From: Desulfurivibrio sp.
GTDB taxonomy: Bacteria > Desulfobacterota > Desulfobulbia > Desulfobulbales > Desulfurivibrionaceae
NCBI GenBank assembly: GCA_034522365.1
Contig: JAXHLI010000011.1
Coordinates: 61,766 to 125,765, forward strand
Reading direction: 5' to 3'
Length of the DNA: 64,000 nt
The position numbers and the translations under genes are program-made. The notes under the pieces were generated by a model. It searched no databases and had not been told where the DNA came from. It saw nothing but the letters and a program-made list of their open reading frames with translations. This document shows, in pieces, positions 39,754-49,086 of this stretch. Each line of letters opens with the position of its first letter. The first letter of the stretch is position 1.

Positions 39754-40028
39754 CGTTCTTCTCCCTTGGTGATGACTACTTGAATTTTATGGGCCATGCC
39801 GCCGCCCAGATACAAACGGCTGTCGCCATGTTCCAGGAGCAGCTTGCCATCCATGGGATTGCAAAGCACCCGCACCGTGACGCCGGGCCGCAAGCCCAGG
39901 GCGGCCAACCGTTCCCTGGCCCCGCCACCTCCGTTGATGGCCACGATCCGCCCTTGTTCGCCTTCCTGGGTGAAGCGCAACGGGACACTGCCCGGCACCG
40001 CCACCCGCTCTTTGGCCACCCCGTTCAT
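39750..40028 (-). CDS. feoA: FeoA-family protein
   Basis: RLAALGLRPG, SRLYLGGGMAHKIQV; start uncertain (40028-40091). Confidence 0.88.
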   Translation of the reverse strand: MNGVAKERVAVPGSVPLRFTQEGEQGRIVAINGGGGARERLAALGLRPGVTVRVLCNPMDGKLLLEHGDSRLYLGGGMAHKIQVVITKGEER

Positions 40029-40097
40029 GGTAACAATCCTCCTGGCCGGCGCCCCCGGCCGTGGGCCAGCCATTTTTATTGTGCACGTCAAATTGAA

Positions 40098-40159
40098 TTA
40101 GGTGACCTAAATACAAGCAGGCAAAATTAATGTCAACACTTTTTATTAGGCGCTCTTAA
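40098..40159 (-). promoter_or_regulatory. feoAABC promoter with two candidate DtxR/IdeR-like operators
   Basis: TTGACA-N17-TATTTA overlapping the perfect palindrome TTAGG-TGA-CCTAA (40098-40110); second site TTAGG-CGCT-CTTAA (40146-40159). Confidence 0.65.
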
Positions 40160-40216
40160 GAAATTGTTGGCGGTCAAAGATCAAGGTGCTATCCGGGCTG
40201 GCTGGCGAATATTTTA

Positions 40217-40247
40217 TTTGACATTCAAATATCTTTAAGATAAAGAT
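40217..40247 (+). promoter_or_regulatory. P1B ATPase/MarR operon promoter with tandem palindromes
   Basis: TTGACA inside TTTGA-CAT-TCAAA, followed by ATCTTT-N5-AAAGAT; candidate operator for the downstream MarR. Confidence 0.45.
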
Positions 40248-40279
40248 TTGCCAATTTCCAACCAACCAACATTTACGAG

Positions 40280-42205
40280 GTGACAAAGATGATCGGCCGT
40301 TTTTCCACCCTGGGGGCCTACCGGGAACTTTTCAATCTGCGGGAATTTTATCTCTGCCTGCTGGGCGGCGGCCTGGCGCTGGCCAGTTTTATCCTGGAGG
40401 GGCGCGCCGAGTGGCCGGACTGGCTGGCCATTGCCCTGGGCTTGGCCGCCGTGGCCATCAACGGTTTGCCCATTATTTGGGGAGCAATCAAGGGGATCTG
40501 GGCCCACGAGGTGAACGTCGATGAACTGGTCAGCATCGCCATCGTCGCCTCCTTGTTCCATGGCGAAGTATTGACCGCCGCGGTGGTCAGCTTCGTGATG
40601 ACCCTGGGGGCCCTGGTGGAGGAGGTGGTTAGTGACTCCGCCCGCCGTTCCATCCGCTCCCTGGTGAGCCTGACCCCCCAGGAGGCCACCCTGCTGGCGG
40701 ACGACCAGGAACGGGTGGTGCCGGTCTCCCGGGTCCGGCCCGGCGATCTGGTGCTGATCAAACCGGGGGAGCGGATCCCGGTGGATGCCGAAATCGTGGC
40801 CGGCGAAACGGCGGTGGATGAAGCGGCCATCACCGGCGAGTCGATTCCCCGCGCCAGAAGGGAAGGGGACCGGGTGCTGGCCGGCACCATGAATTTCAGC
40901 GGGGTGATCGAAGCCCGGGCGACCAGAGTCGGCGAGGACACCACCTTCGGCAAGGTGGTCCGCCTGGTGACCGAGGCGGAGACCCACAAGCCTCGCACCG
41001 CCCGGATTGTCGACCGTTACGCGCAATGGTTCACCCCCCTGGTGCTTTTCTGCGCAACCCTGGCCTGGTGGCTCACCGGCGAGGTTGACCGGGCGGTGGC
41101 CATTCTCATTGCCGGCTGCCCCTGTGCCCTGATCATGGCCGCCCCCACTGCCACCGTGGCCGCCATCGGCCGTCTGGCCAAGGCGGGTATCCTGGTCAAG
41201 GGGGGGCAATTTCTGGAAGAGGCGGCCCGCGCCGATACCTTTCTTTTCGACAAGACCGGCACCCTGACCCTGGGTGAACCCCGGGTGGAGGAGGTGGTGC
41301 CGGGGGAGAATTTCACTTCCCGGGAGGTGGTCACCTGTGCCGCCTGTGTGGAGCAGAATTGCAGCCACCCGCTGGCCAAAGCGGTGATGAAGGCCGCCTA
41401 CTACGCCAAAATCACCGTTGGCAAGGCGGAACAGATGCTGGTGGAGATCGGCCTGGGGGTCCGGGCCCTGGTTGACGGCAGCACGATCGAGGTGGGCAAC
41501 GCCGATCTGGGCGGCGGCGAGGCGGCCCTGCAAGCTCCGCTGCGGGAGTGTTTGGGGCGGATCAAGGAGCGGGGTTCCACCGCCCTGGTGGTCTATCGTG
41601 ACCAGCAGCCCATCGGGGTGCTGGGGGTCTCGGACAAAGTGAAAACTTCAGCGGCAACGACCATTGAGGCCCTGCGCGCCATGGGCATCCGGCAGCTGGG
41701 GGTACTGTCGGGCGACCATGATAAACCGGTACGTAATCTGGCTGACAGGATCGGCCTGGACAAAAGCTGGTCGGCATTGAAACCCCAGGACAAATTGAGT
41801 ATTATCCAGCAGTATCAGCAGCAGGGGCACCGGGTGATCTTCGTCGGTGACGGGGTCAACGACGCTCCGGCCCTGGCCCGCGCCAACGTGGGGATCGCCA
41901 TGGGAGCAGCCGGTACCGATGTCGCCCTGGAAACCGCCGATGTCGCCCTGACTCGCGACGATATCGCCCTGCTCCCTTTTTTCGTCGCCCTCAGTCGCCG
42001 GATGCTAACCACCGTCAAGTTCAACATCGGCCTGGGATTGTTTTTTAACGGCGTCGCCATCCTGGGCAGCGGTTATGGGCTGTTGAGCCCGATCATGGCG
42101 GCGCTGTTCCACAACGGCGGCTCGATTATCGTGGTGCTCTCCTCGGCCAGCCTGGCCTTTGTCACCCCAGGGAAGCATCTGAAAACGCCCGCTCCGGGCA
42201 GGTGA
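40280..42205 (+). CDS. Heavy-metal P1B-type ATPase (CPC type, no N-terminal metal-binding domain)
   Basis: TGES, GCPCAL, DKTGTLT, SHP, GDGVNDAP, HNGGS. Confidence 0.93.
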   Translation: MTKMIGRFSTLGAYRELFNLREFYLCLLGGGLALASFILEGRAEWPDWLAIALGLAAVAINGLPIIWGAIKGIWAHEVNVDELVSIAIVASLFHGEVLTAAVVSFVMTLGALVEEVVSDSARRSIRSLVSLTPQEATLLADDQERVVPVSRVRPGDLVLIKPGERIPVDAEIVAGETAVDEAAITGESIPRARREGDRVLAGTMNFSGVIEARATRVGEDTTFGKVVRLVTEAETHKPRTARIVDRYAQWFTPLVLFCATLAWWLTGEVDRAVAILIAGCPCALIMAAPTATVAAIGRLAKAGILVKGGQFLEEAARADTFLFDKTGTLTLGEPRVEEVVPGENFTSREVVTCAACVEQNCSHPLAKAVMKAAYYAKITVGKAEQMLVEIGLGVRALVDGSTIEVGNADLGGGEAALQAPLRECLGRIKERGSTALVVYRDQQPIGVLGVSDKVKTSAATTIEALRAMGIRQLGVLSGDHDKPVRNLADRIGLDKSWSALKPQDKLSIIQQYQQQGHRVIFVGDGVNDAPALARANVGIAMGAAGTDVALETADVALTRDDIALLPFFVALSRRMLTTVKFNIGLGLFFNGVAILGSGYGLLSPIMAALFHNGGSIIVVLSSASLAFVTPGKHLKTPAPGR

Positions 42206-42209
42206 TTGT

Positions 42210-42662
42210 ATGGAAACGGAAACCCTGACCCAGTTGCTGATCGAATTCTACGAGAAATTCTCCTCCTGGGAGCATGGGGTGGTCAAGGAGTCCGGCCTGA
42301 CCCTGCCCCAGATGCACACCCTGGAGCTGCTGGGCGCCGCCGGTGATCTGCGGATGACCGAGCTGGCGGCCAAGATGGGCACCACCACCGGCTCTCTGAC
42401 CGTAATGGTGGATCGGCTGGAAAAAAACGGGCTGGTGGCCCGCCGGCCCCACGAGACCGATCGCCGTTCCACCCGGGTCGGGCTCACTGAAGAGGGAGCG
42501 AGGCTCTTCCGGGAACACCATGAGCTGCATACCAGGCTGACCCAGGATATAGCGGCGGCCCTCTCCCCGGGAAGTGCAGGCCTTCGGCGACCTTTTAAGC
42601 CGTATAACCGCGAGTTTATGACCATGATATGGGGGCAGAGAAACCAAGGACCAAAAGGATAA
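42210..42662 (+). CDS. MarR family regulator (C-terminus frameshifted near 42570)
   Basis: LTLPQMH, ELAAKMG, VDRLEKNGLV, DRRS..LT..G; an alternative frame gives a typical end (EVQAFGDLLSRI). Confidence 0.85.
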   Translation: METETLTQLLIEFYEKFSSWEHGVVKESGLTLPQMHTLELLGAAGDLRMTELAAKMGTTTGSLTVMVDRLEKNGLVARRPHETDRRSTRVGLTEEGARLFREHHELHTRLTQDIAAALSPGSAGLRRPFKPYNREFMTMIWGQRNQGPKG

Positions 42663-42665
42663 TAT

Positions 42666-43352
42666 ATGAAAGCCTGGAAATGCACGGTATGTAATTATGT
42701 TCATCAAGGAGACACGCCGCCGGAAATATGTCCGGTATGCGGGGCTGGTAAGGACAAATTTGTGGAAATTGAGGTCCCGGATGAAATAGCGGCCGCAGCA
42801 CCGGATGCCGCCGTTGATACGACCAATGCTACGGCAGTGGAGCAGGATGCCAGGACCACCATGGGGCAGACCGGATCGGTCGATTCCGGCAGAAAAAAAG
42901 CTGATTTGGCTCCCAGGACCTTGTATCGAAAGATCACCCATCAGTTGATCCGGCACCATGCCCACCCCATTCTGGTGCATACCCCCAACGGGATTCTGCC
43001 GGCAGCCGCCATCCTGTTTATCATCGCCTGGCTGTTTGACGCATCCCTGCCGGCCAAGGCCGCTGTTATTAATCTGGTCTTTGTGGTCCTGGCCCTGCCC
43101 CTGGTACTGTACACAGGCGTGCTGGAATGGAAGGGGAAATACAACCAGGCAAACACCCGGCTGTTTCGACGCAAAATTATGGCCGCAGCGGCGACCAGTG
43201 CAGCCTGCGCGATTTCCATGGGCTGGTACCTGCTGGACCCGCAAGTTTTGTCATCTTCGCTGGCGTGGCTGTTCATTCTTATCAACCTGGTAATGCTGGG
43301 CTCTGCCGGCGTGGCCGGCTACATTGGCGGCAAATTCGTGTTCAAAGACTGA
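42666..43352 (+). CDS. Rubredoxin-like domain fused to a four-TM membrane domain
   Basis: WKCTVC..CPVCGA; HP.LVH.P motif and TM helices ending in GYIGGKFV (DUF2231-like). Confidence 0.85.
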   Translation: MKAWKCTVCNYVHQGDTPPEICPVCGAGKDKFVEIEVPDEIAAAAPDAAVDTTNATAVEQDARTTMGQTGSVDSGRKKADLAPRTLYRKITHQLIRHHAHPILVHTPNGILPAAAILFIIAWLFDASLPAKAAVINLVFVVLALPLVLYTGVLEWKGKYNQANTRLFRRKIMAAAATSAACAISMGWYLLDPQVLSSSLAWLFILINLVMLGSAGVAGYIGGKFVFKD

Positions 43353-43377
43353 TACGGATTTTTGCAGAAGCATATCG

Positions 43378-43420
43378 GTAATCGTTCACCAGGGCCGATA
43401 ACCGTGGGCCGAACGGTTAC
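43378..43420 (+). repeat. GTAAnCGTTCA-family repeat
   Basis: gtaatcgttcaccagggccgataac...gaacggttac with terminal inverted repeats. Confidence 0.7.
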
Positions 43421-43453
43421 TAAAAGATGCAACAGTTTCCGGTCTGCGCAAGG

Positions 43454-43517
43454 AGACAAACCGTCAACCGATTGCGGATTTGTCACGACAAATCCGCAAT
43501 GAGTTGACGGTTTGTCT
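43454..43517. repeat. 64-bp near-perfect palindrome
   Basis: 15-bp plus 14-bp paired arms, a 2-nt mismatch and a 2-nt centre; abuts TTGACA-N17-CATGAT. Confidence 0.85.
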
Positions 43518-43553
43518 TGACAAGGCCAGCCGGGATGGCCATGATGCAGAGGC

Positions 43554-44620
43554 ATGAAACGGAGATCTATCCGACCCTTATCAATGATCTTGCTCGCAAG
43601 ATGGTGTTTCTCTGGCCCCAGGCAGGTGGGTAAAACCTGGCTGGCCCGGCGGGTGATGGAAGAGTACGCCCGACCGCGCTATCTCAACTGGGATAATGAG
43701 CAGGATCGGGAGGTTCTTCGCCAACAGGGCTGGGGTGGGGACATTGATCTACTGGTGCTGGACGGGAAATCCATAAGATGGCCCAGTGGAAAAATTAGCT
43801 CAAGGGCGTGTGGGATACCAGGCCGGAGAAGATGGCGGTGCTGGTGACCGGCAGCGCCAGATTGGAGACCTTTCGCCAATCCGGCGACAGTCTGGCTGGA
43901 CGTTACTTTCATCATCGCCTCTTCCCCTTTACCCCGGCCGCAATCGGCGGCGATCGGCCAAAACGGCGAACTGAACCACTTTCTGCAGCGTGGCGGCTTT
44001 CCCGAACCCTGGCTGGCCGCCGATTCCGCCGACGCCGGGCGCTGGCGACGTCTCTACCTCGATGGTTTAATCCGCGAGGATATCCTTAATTTTGAAAATA
44101 TCTCCCGACTTAAGGAGATGAATCTGCTGCTTGAGATGCTGCGTGACCGGGTGGCCTCTGCGCTGACTCAGAGCCTGGCGGAGGATTTGGCGATTTCGCC
44201 CAGATCAGGTAAAGCGTTATCTCGACATTCTGGAGGCGCTTTACATCATCTTTCGGGTATATCCCCACCACCGCTCGGTTGCCAGGGCTATCCGAGCTTC
44301 AGCCACTAAAGTCGATTTTCTCGATTAATCCCCTGGCCAGGGGGGGAGGGGCAGAGGTTGGAAAACCTGGCGGCCCTTGCTCTCTACCGGCAACTCTCTT
44401 TTCTGGAAGATCGGGACGCAGCTCCCCCGCCGCCTGCGTTACTGGCGCACCCGCGACGGCAAGGAGGTCGATTTTTTCGATTGTTGAAGAGCATCAACCC
44501 AAACTGATGCTGGAGATTAAGCAGAGCGAGCTGACCAACTGGCGGCCCGGTTTGGTAGTAATTTTGGCCAGAGGTACCAGATTCCCGGCGTGCAACTGGT
44601 TGCCGATTTAAGGGCCGAAA
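43554..44620 (+). pseudogene. AAA_14/DUF4143 ATPase, multiply frameshifted
   Basis: GPRQVGKT, LVTGSARL, GDSLAGRY, GGFPEP, LIREDI and GKEVDF found in different frames. Confidence 0.85.
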
Positions 44621-44767
44621 ACCACGCTCCCCCTCTGCCGCTGCTGCGCCTCTACGATTTTCTCCTGCTCTCCCCATGGCTTCTGATGACTTTTTCCGTC
44701 CGGCGACGATGGACTTATCGTGCCAGTCCACTTTATTTGAAATGGGGTTACTCGTCTGGTTTTTCGT

Positions 44768-44817
44768 TTGACATGTCCGATCAAAGTAACTACCCTGCGA
44801 GGGACTGCACATAGTCC
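44768..44817 (+). promoter_or_regulatory. vapBC promoter and candidate autoregulatory operator
   Basis: TTGACA-N17-TACCCT followed by GGACT-N6-AGTCC; related TGGACT-N9-AGTCCA at 44710-44730. Confidence 0.6.
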
Positions 44818-44839
44818 ACATACATCAGGAGGTTTTGCT

Positions 44840-45072
44840 ATGGCTCAGTTGTCGGTGTCATGTTTCCAAAGAGATTGAAGAACGAGTTGCGGACCCGGGC
44901 CAAACAGGCCGATTTACCCCTTTCTCGTTTTCTGGCGGAGTTGGTAAAACGTGAAGTCAGCCGAACCGACGGTTGGCCGGAGGGTTATTTTTCGCAGGTG
45001 TTTGGCGGCTGGGAGGGTGAGCCTCTGCAGCGTCCGCCCCAAGGGGAATACGAGAAAAGGGCCGAGTTGTAA
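44840..45072 (+). CDS. vapB: VapB-like antitoxin (frameshifted near the N-terminus)
   Basis: AGGAGG RBS, RHH-like RAKQADLPLSRFLAELV, WPEGYF..RPPQ tail; directly upstream of a PIN toxin. Confidence 0.7.
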
Positions 45073-45074
45073 GC

Positions 45075-45476
45075 ATGTATCTTCTAGACACCAATATCTG
45101 CATACACCTGCTCAATCAGGCGGACCCTCGCCTTATCACTCAATTCAAATCCCGTTCACCAGCAGAAATCGCTCTGTGCAGCGTGGTTAAAGCCGAATTG
45201 CTGTACGGTGCCCGCCGCAGTGGACGGGTGGATGCCAACTTGCTACGACTGGAGTTTTTCTTCCAGCCACTCGCCAGCTTACCGTTTGATGATCTTTGCG
45301 CTCAACACTATGCCATGATTCGTAACGATCTGGAAAGACGTGGAGAGTTGATTGGGCCAAATGATCTGTTGATAGCAGCCATCGCCCGGGCGCATCAAGT
45401 TACCCTGGTGACCAATAACACCAAAGAGTTCAACCGGGTAGCCGAACTAAGAGTTGAGGATTGGCTGACAAGTTGA
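45075..45476 (+). CDS. vapC: VapC PIN-domain toxin
   Basis: YLLDTNICI, AELLYGA, IGPNDLLIAA, VTNN..EF. Confidence 0.95.
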   Translation: MYLLDTNICIHLLNQADPRLITQFKSRSPAEIALCSVVKAELLYGARRSGRVDANLLRLEFFFQPLASLPFDDLCAQHYAMIRNDLERRGELIGPNDLLIAAIARAHQVTLVTNNTKEFNRVAELRVEDWLTS

Positions 45477-45654
45477 CGTCATCACCGGATTTTCGAGAGA
45501 CCTTGCGCATCGATCTGCGGTGTATCCGTAAAGGTCTTCAATAACAGGGGCGATAGCCATAACGCTCGTAATCGATCACAGGTCTTCCTGTGCGGGCTTA
45601 CCTCTTTCCCATCCTACCTATCCTCGCCGTATCTTTACCCTTCATCCTTATTTT

Positions 45655-45733
45655 TCAGGCACACCAAAAAAACTATTGACCCCAAAATAACAGCGTGCTA
45701 TTTGGTGTACACAATATAATTAGGTATGCAAAA
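45655..45733 (+). promoter_or_regulatory. STAS/DUF2325 promoter with candidate operators
   Basis: TCAGG-N4-CCAAA, TTGACC-N17-TATTTG, TTTGG-N4-CACAA, TTAGG-N4-CAAAA. Confidence 0.5.
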
Positions 45734-45754
45734 CAAACTAAGCGGAGGCGCACC

Positions 45755-46063
45755 ATGACTTGTGAAGTTGAAAAAATCGGCAGCAGTGCCAGAATCACCA
45801 TCGAAGGGGTAGTCGATGAGCGGGGAGCCGCGGTATTGAAGGAGCGTTTTCGCGACCTTTCCCGTGATCAATTCAATGAGTTGATCATCGACATGGGGGG
45901 CGTCAGCCACTTCGGCAGCTCCGGGCTTGGTGGCCTCTTGTTATGCTACAAAGCAATGGCGGCCCGCCAGGGAAGCCTCCGCCTGACACGAACCCCCGCA
46001 GCCATTTACTCTCTGATGAGAGATTTGCAGCTCGACACCTTGTTTGAAATCAACGGCGACTAA
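45755..46063 (+). CDS. STAS-domain anti-sigma-factor antagonist
   Basis: GGAGG RBS; IDMGGVSHFGSSGLG phosphoacceptor loop. Confidence 0.88.
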   Translation: MTCEVEKIGSSARITIEGVVDERGAAVLKERFRDLSRDQFNELIIDMGGVSHFGSSGLGGLLLCYKAMAARQGSLRLTRTPAAIYSLMRDLQLDTLFEINGD

Positions 46064-46087
46064 ACGGCATACCAAGGAGGAAGGATT

Positions 46088-46387
46088 ATGTGTATCGCGG
46101 TGATCGGCGGCATGAAACGTTTGGAGGCTCACTATAAGCAGGAGGCGCAGCGGCAAGGGGTCAAACTCAAAGTATTCAACATTGCCGGCCGGGATATGGA
46201 GCGCAAGCTGCAACGGATGAGCGCGGTGGTCCTGTTCACCGGTCAGGTCTCCCACAACGCCCGTAACGAGGTGCTGCGGGCCGCCCGCCGCCACAATATC
46301 CCCCTCTACCAGTGCCACTCCTGCGGGATCTGCACCCTGCGGGACTGCCTGAATTGCCTGGTCGTTCCGGCGAAGACCACCACTTAG
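46088..46387 (+). CDS. DUF2325-like protein
   Basis: MCIAVIGG, VVLFT..VSH, IP..CHSCG.C.LR.CL. Confidence 0.8.
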   Translation: MCIAVIGGMKRLEAHYKQEAQRQGVKLKVFNIAGRDMERKLQRMSAVVLFTGQVSHNARNEVLRAARRHNIPLYQCHSCGICTLRDCLNCLVVPAKTTT

Positions 46388-46858
46388 CGGAGAGGAGAGC
46401 CGACTATCGCCAGAGCCGTCGGCGATAAGACCCAGAGGTGGCGGGAGAGCAACCCCAGGAAGAGGCCGCCCATTAGGGCGTGGCCCTTTTCGCGATCCAG
46501 GGCGACCAGGATCAGGGCAGCGACCAGGGAGGCGGCCATGCCGCGTTTTATGGTCCCCATCCGGGGCCAGCCACAGAAGGGACTGATATTATGGCCGTGC
46601 TGGCGCTGGTGGCCCGGGCGAATTTGCCGGGCGGGCCTTTGCGGGGGTGTTGCCCTTGCCGCCAGAAGCGCCACCACTTCCACGCTTTTGGCCACTTCCT
46701 TAAAAATGACCAGGGTGCCGCAAGTTTGGGGGGTGTGCTGTAACTCCGCCGATGGCGCGATGCTGCGGATAAGGGCGGTCAGTTCGCTGAGCTCGGAAGC
46801 AGATAAAGGTTTGGCATGGCGCAGCCGGATACGGCCGGGAATGGAATGGGTCGATCAT
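46384..46858 (-). pseudogene. HMA-like domain plus TM protein (FezC-like), with one-base insertions
   Basis: GGGAG RBS, ATG 46858; removing one base gives MITHSIPGRIRLRH, in frame with ORF 46384-46695; H-containing TM hairpin; a second correction gives HLWVYRRRL. Confidence 0.65.
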
Positions 46859-46879
46859 CGTGGCGTGTCTCCCGTGATT

Positions 46880-48774
46880 TCAGGTTTATTCCGCCAGGTA
46901 GCGCGTAGGGGCGCAGGGCGTTAAGACCGGCGGCGATGGTGGTGGAGTTGTGGAGCAGGGCGCCCAGGGCCGGGGAGGTGCGCCCCGTCAAGCCACCCAG
47001 CAGCAGCAGTGAATTGACCGCCACAATAAAGGTGAAGTTGTACCATACCCGATTGAGGGTCGCCGAGGACAGGGAGCGCAGGGCCGGCAGGACTGTCAGA
47101 TTGTTATCCACCAGCACGATATCGGCGGCGTCGCGGGCCATGTCCGCCCCCTGGTGCATGCAGCAGCCCACCGAGGCTTCGGCGAGGGCGGCGGCGTCGT
47201 TGAGACCGTCGCCGACCATCGCCACCACCTGACCGGCCTCCTTGAGCTCCCTGATATAACGCACCTTATCGTCGGGCAGCGCCTGGGCCACCCACTCATC
47301 CACCCCGATCTCGGCGCTGAGGCGGGAGGCCATGCCATCGAGATCGCCGGTGAGCATGACCACCCGCTTAACCCCCATCCGGCGCAATTCGCCGATTACC
47401 TGTGCCGCCTCGGGCCGGGGCGGGTCCTCCAGGGCGAAACCGGCGGCCAGCTCACCCCCCACCGACAGGAAGAGGATGGTCCATCCCTGCTCGTTCCAGT
47501 GGGGTAGCACCGTCTCCAAGGCCGAGATGTCCACCCCCTCATCCTCCGCCACAAAATGGAGACTGCCCAGCAAAACCCGCTGATCATCCAGGCAGCTCGC
47601 CACCCCGTGGGCGGAGACATACTCCACGGTGGCGTGACGTTCACTGTGTTTCAGCTCCTCTTGATCAGCCTGGCGGACCACCGCCTTGGCCACCGGATGG
47701 GGAAAATGCTCCTCCAGGCAGGCGGCCAACCGCAGGGCCTCTTGCCGGCTCCAGCCGTTACAGGGCACTATCTCTTTTACCGAAGGTTCGGCCATGGTCA
47801 GGGTGCCGGTTTTGTCGAAGACAAAGACATCCGCCCGGGCCAGATCCTCCAGATGGCGGCCGCCGCGCACCGCCGCTCCCAGGGAGTTGGCCTGCCGCAT
47901 GGCGGCCAGCACCGCCAAGGGAGTGGCCAGCTTGATGGCGCAGGAATAATCCACCAGCAGCACCGCCGCTGTCCGCCTGAAATCGCGGCTCACCAGCAGC
48001 ACCAGTCCGGCCAGGAGCATGGAGAAGGGGGCCAGCCGCCCGGCCAACTTTTCGGCCTGGCCGTGAATGCCGGCCTTGCGCTGCTCGGCGTCGGCCAGCA
48101 GGGAAAGGGTGCGCCGCCAGACGGTTTTGTCGCCATCTTCGGTGGCCTTGATCAACAACTCCCCCTCCTCCAGCAGCGAACCGGCAAATACCGCCTTGCC
48201 GGTTCGTTTATCCTGGAGGGCGGCTTCCCCGGTCATCAGGCTTTGGTCCACCAGCCCTTCACCCCCTTTGACCACCCCGTCGGCGGGGATCGAGTTGCCC
48301 TGGCGCACCGCCACCAGATCCCCGCTGCGCAATACGCTGGCATCAACCACCAACTCCTGCTCGCCTAGACGCAGAAGGGCCTTGATCGCATGGCGGGCCA
48401 TGGAGTCGGCCAGGCTTTCCTGGGAGCGTTTTTTGGTCCATTGTTCGAGGAATTTACCCAGGCCAAGCAACAGGGTGACTGCTGGTAAGGCTGCGGAAAT
48501 CCCGGCGCCAGATGCAGATAGCGATGGCCGTGGCATCGAGCAGATCCACATCGAAAATGCCCCGGAGCAGCCCCATGAATCCCCGCCGTAACCGGGGCCA
48601 GGCCTGCTTGATCGCCACCGCTTGCCGCAACCCCATCGGCAGAAAAGGGTGCAGAATCAAGGAAAGTACGGTTTCCCCCCAGCCGGGGGTGGCGGGCTCA
48701 TGGGGCGGCTTGGCAAAAACGCTCTGCTCCGGATTTATCGCTCCCAACCATTGAAGACCTGGAAAGCCGGACAA
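46880..48774 (-). pseudogene. P1B-6-type ATPase (FezB-like), frameshifted near 48490 and apparently N-truncated
   Basis: DVDLLDA, DYSCAIKL, DKTGTLT, EEHFPHP, GDGLND, HNSTT; ends approximate. Confidence 0.8.
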
Positions 48775-48823
48775 ATTGTGCCTCCCTTGATAACGCACTG
48801 TTTATTAGCTGTCGATAATTTAA

Positions 48824-48882
48824 TTTGGGTTACAAAAAGAATATTGACATCCCCAATTATAATTGTTATTAGGCTGACCCAA
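48824..48882 (+). promoter_or_regulatory. Divergent ATPase/porin promoter with candidate operators
   Basis: TTTGG-N4-CAAAA, TTGACA-N17-TATTAG overlapping TTAGG-CTGA-CCCAA. Confidence 0.55.
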
Positions 48883-49086
48883 CATTTGCTCACGGGGCAG
48901 CCTTGTTTAAAATGAACGTACCAGTTTTATCCAGTTAACTGATTGGTTTTGTGGTAGTAGGCAGTACCATTTAACAATAATACTGCTTTTTGTGTGTTCG
49001 TTGTATAGGATCCTGTGCACCAATCATTTCCGGATATTCTATGCTGACCGGAGTTAATTTCAATTACTACTTGGAGGAGTTGCGTT

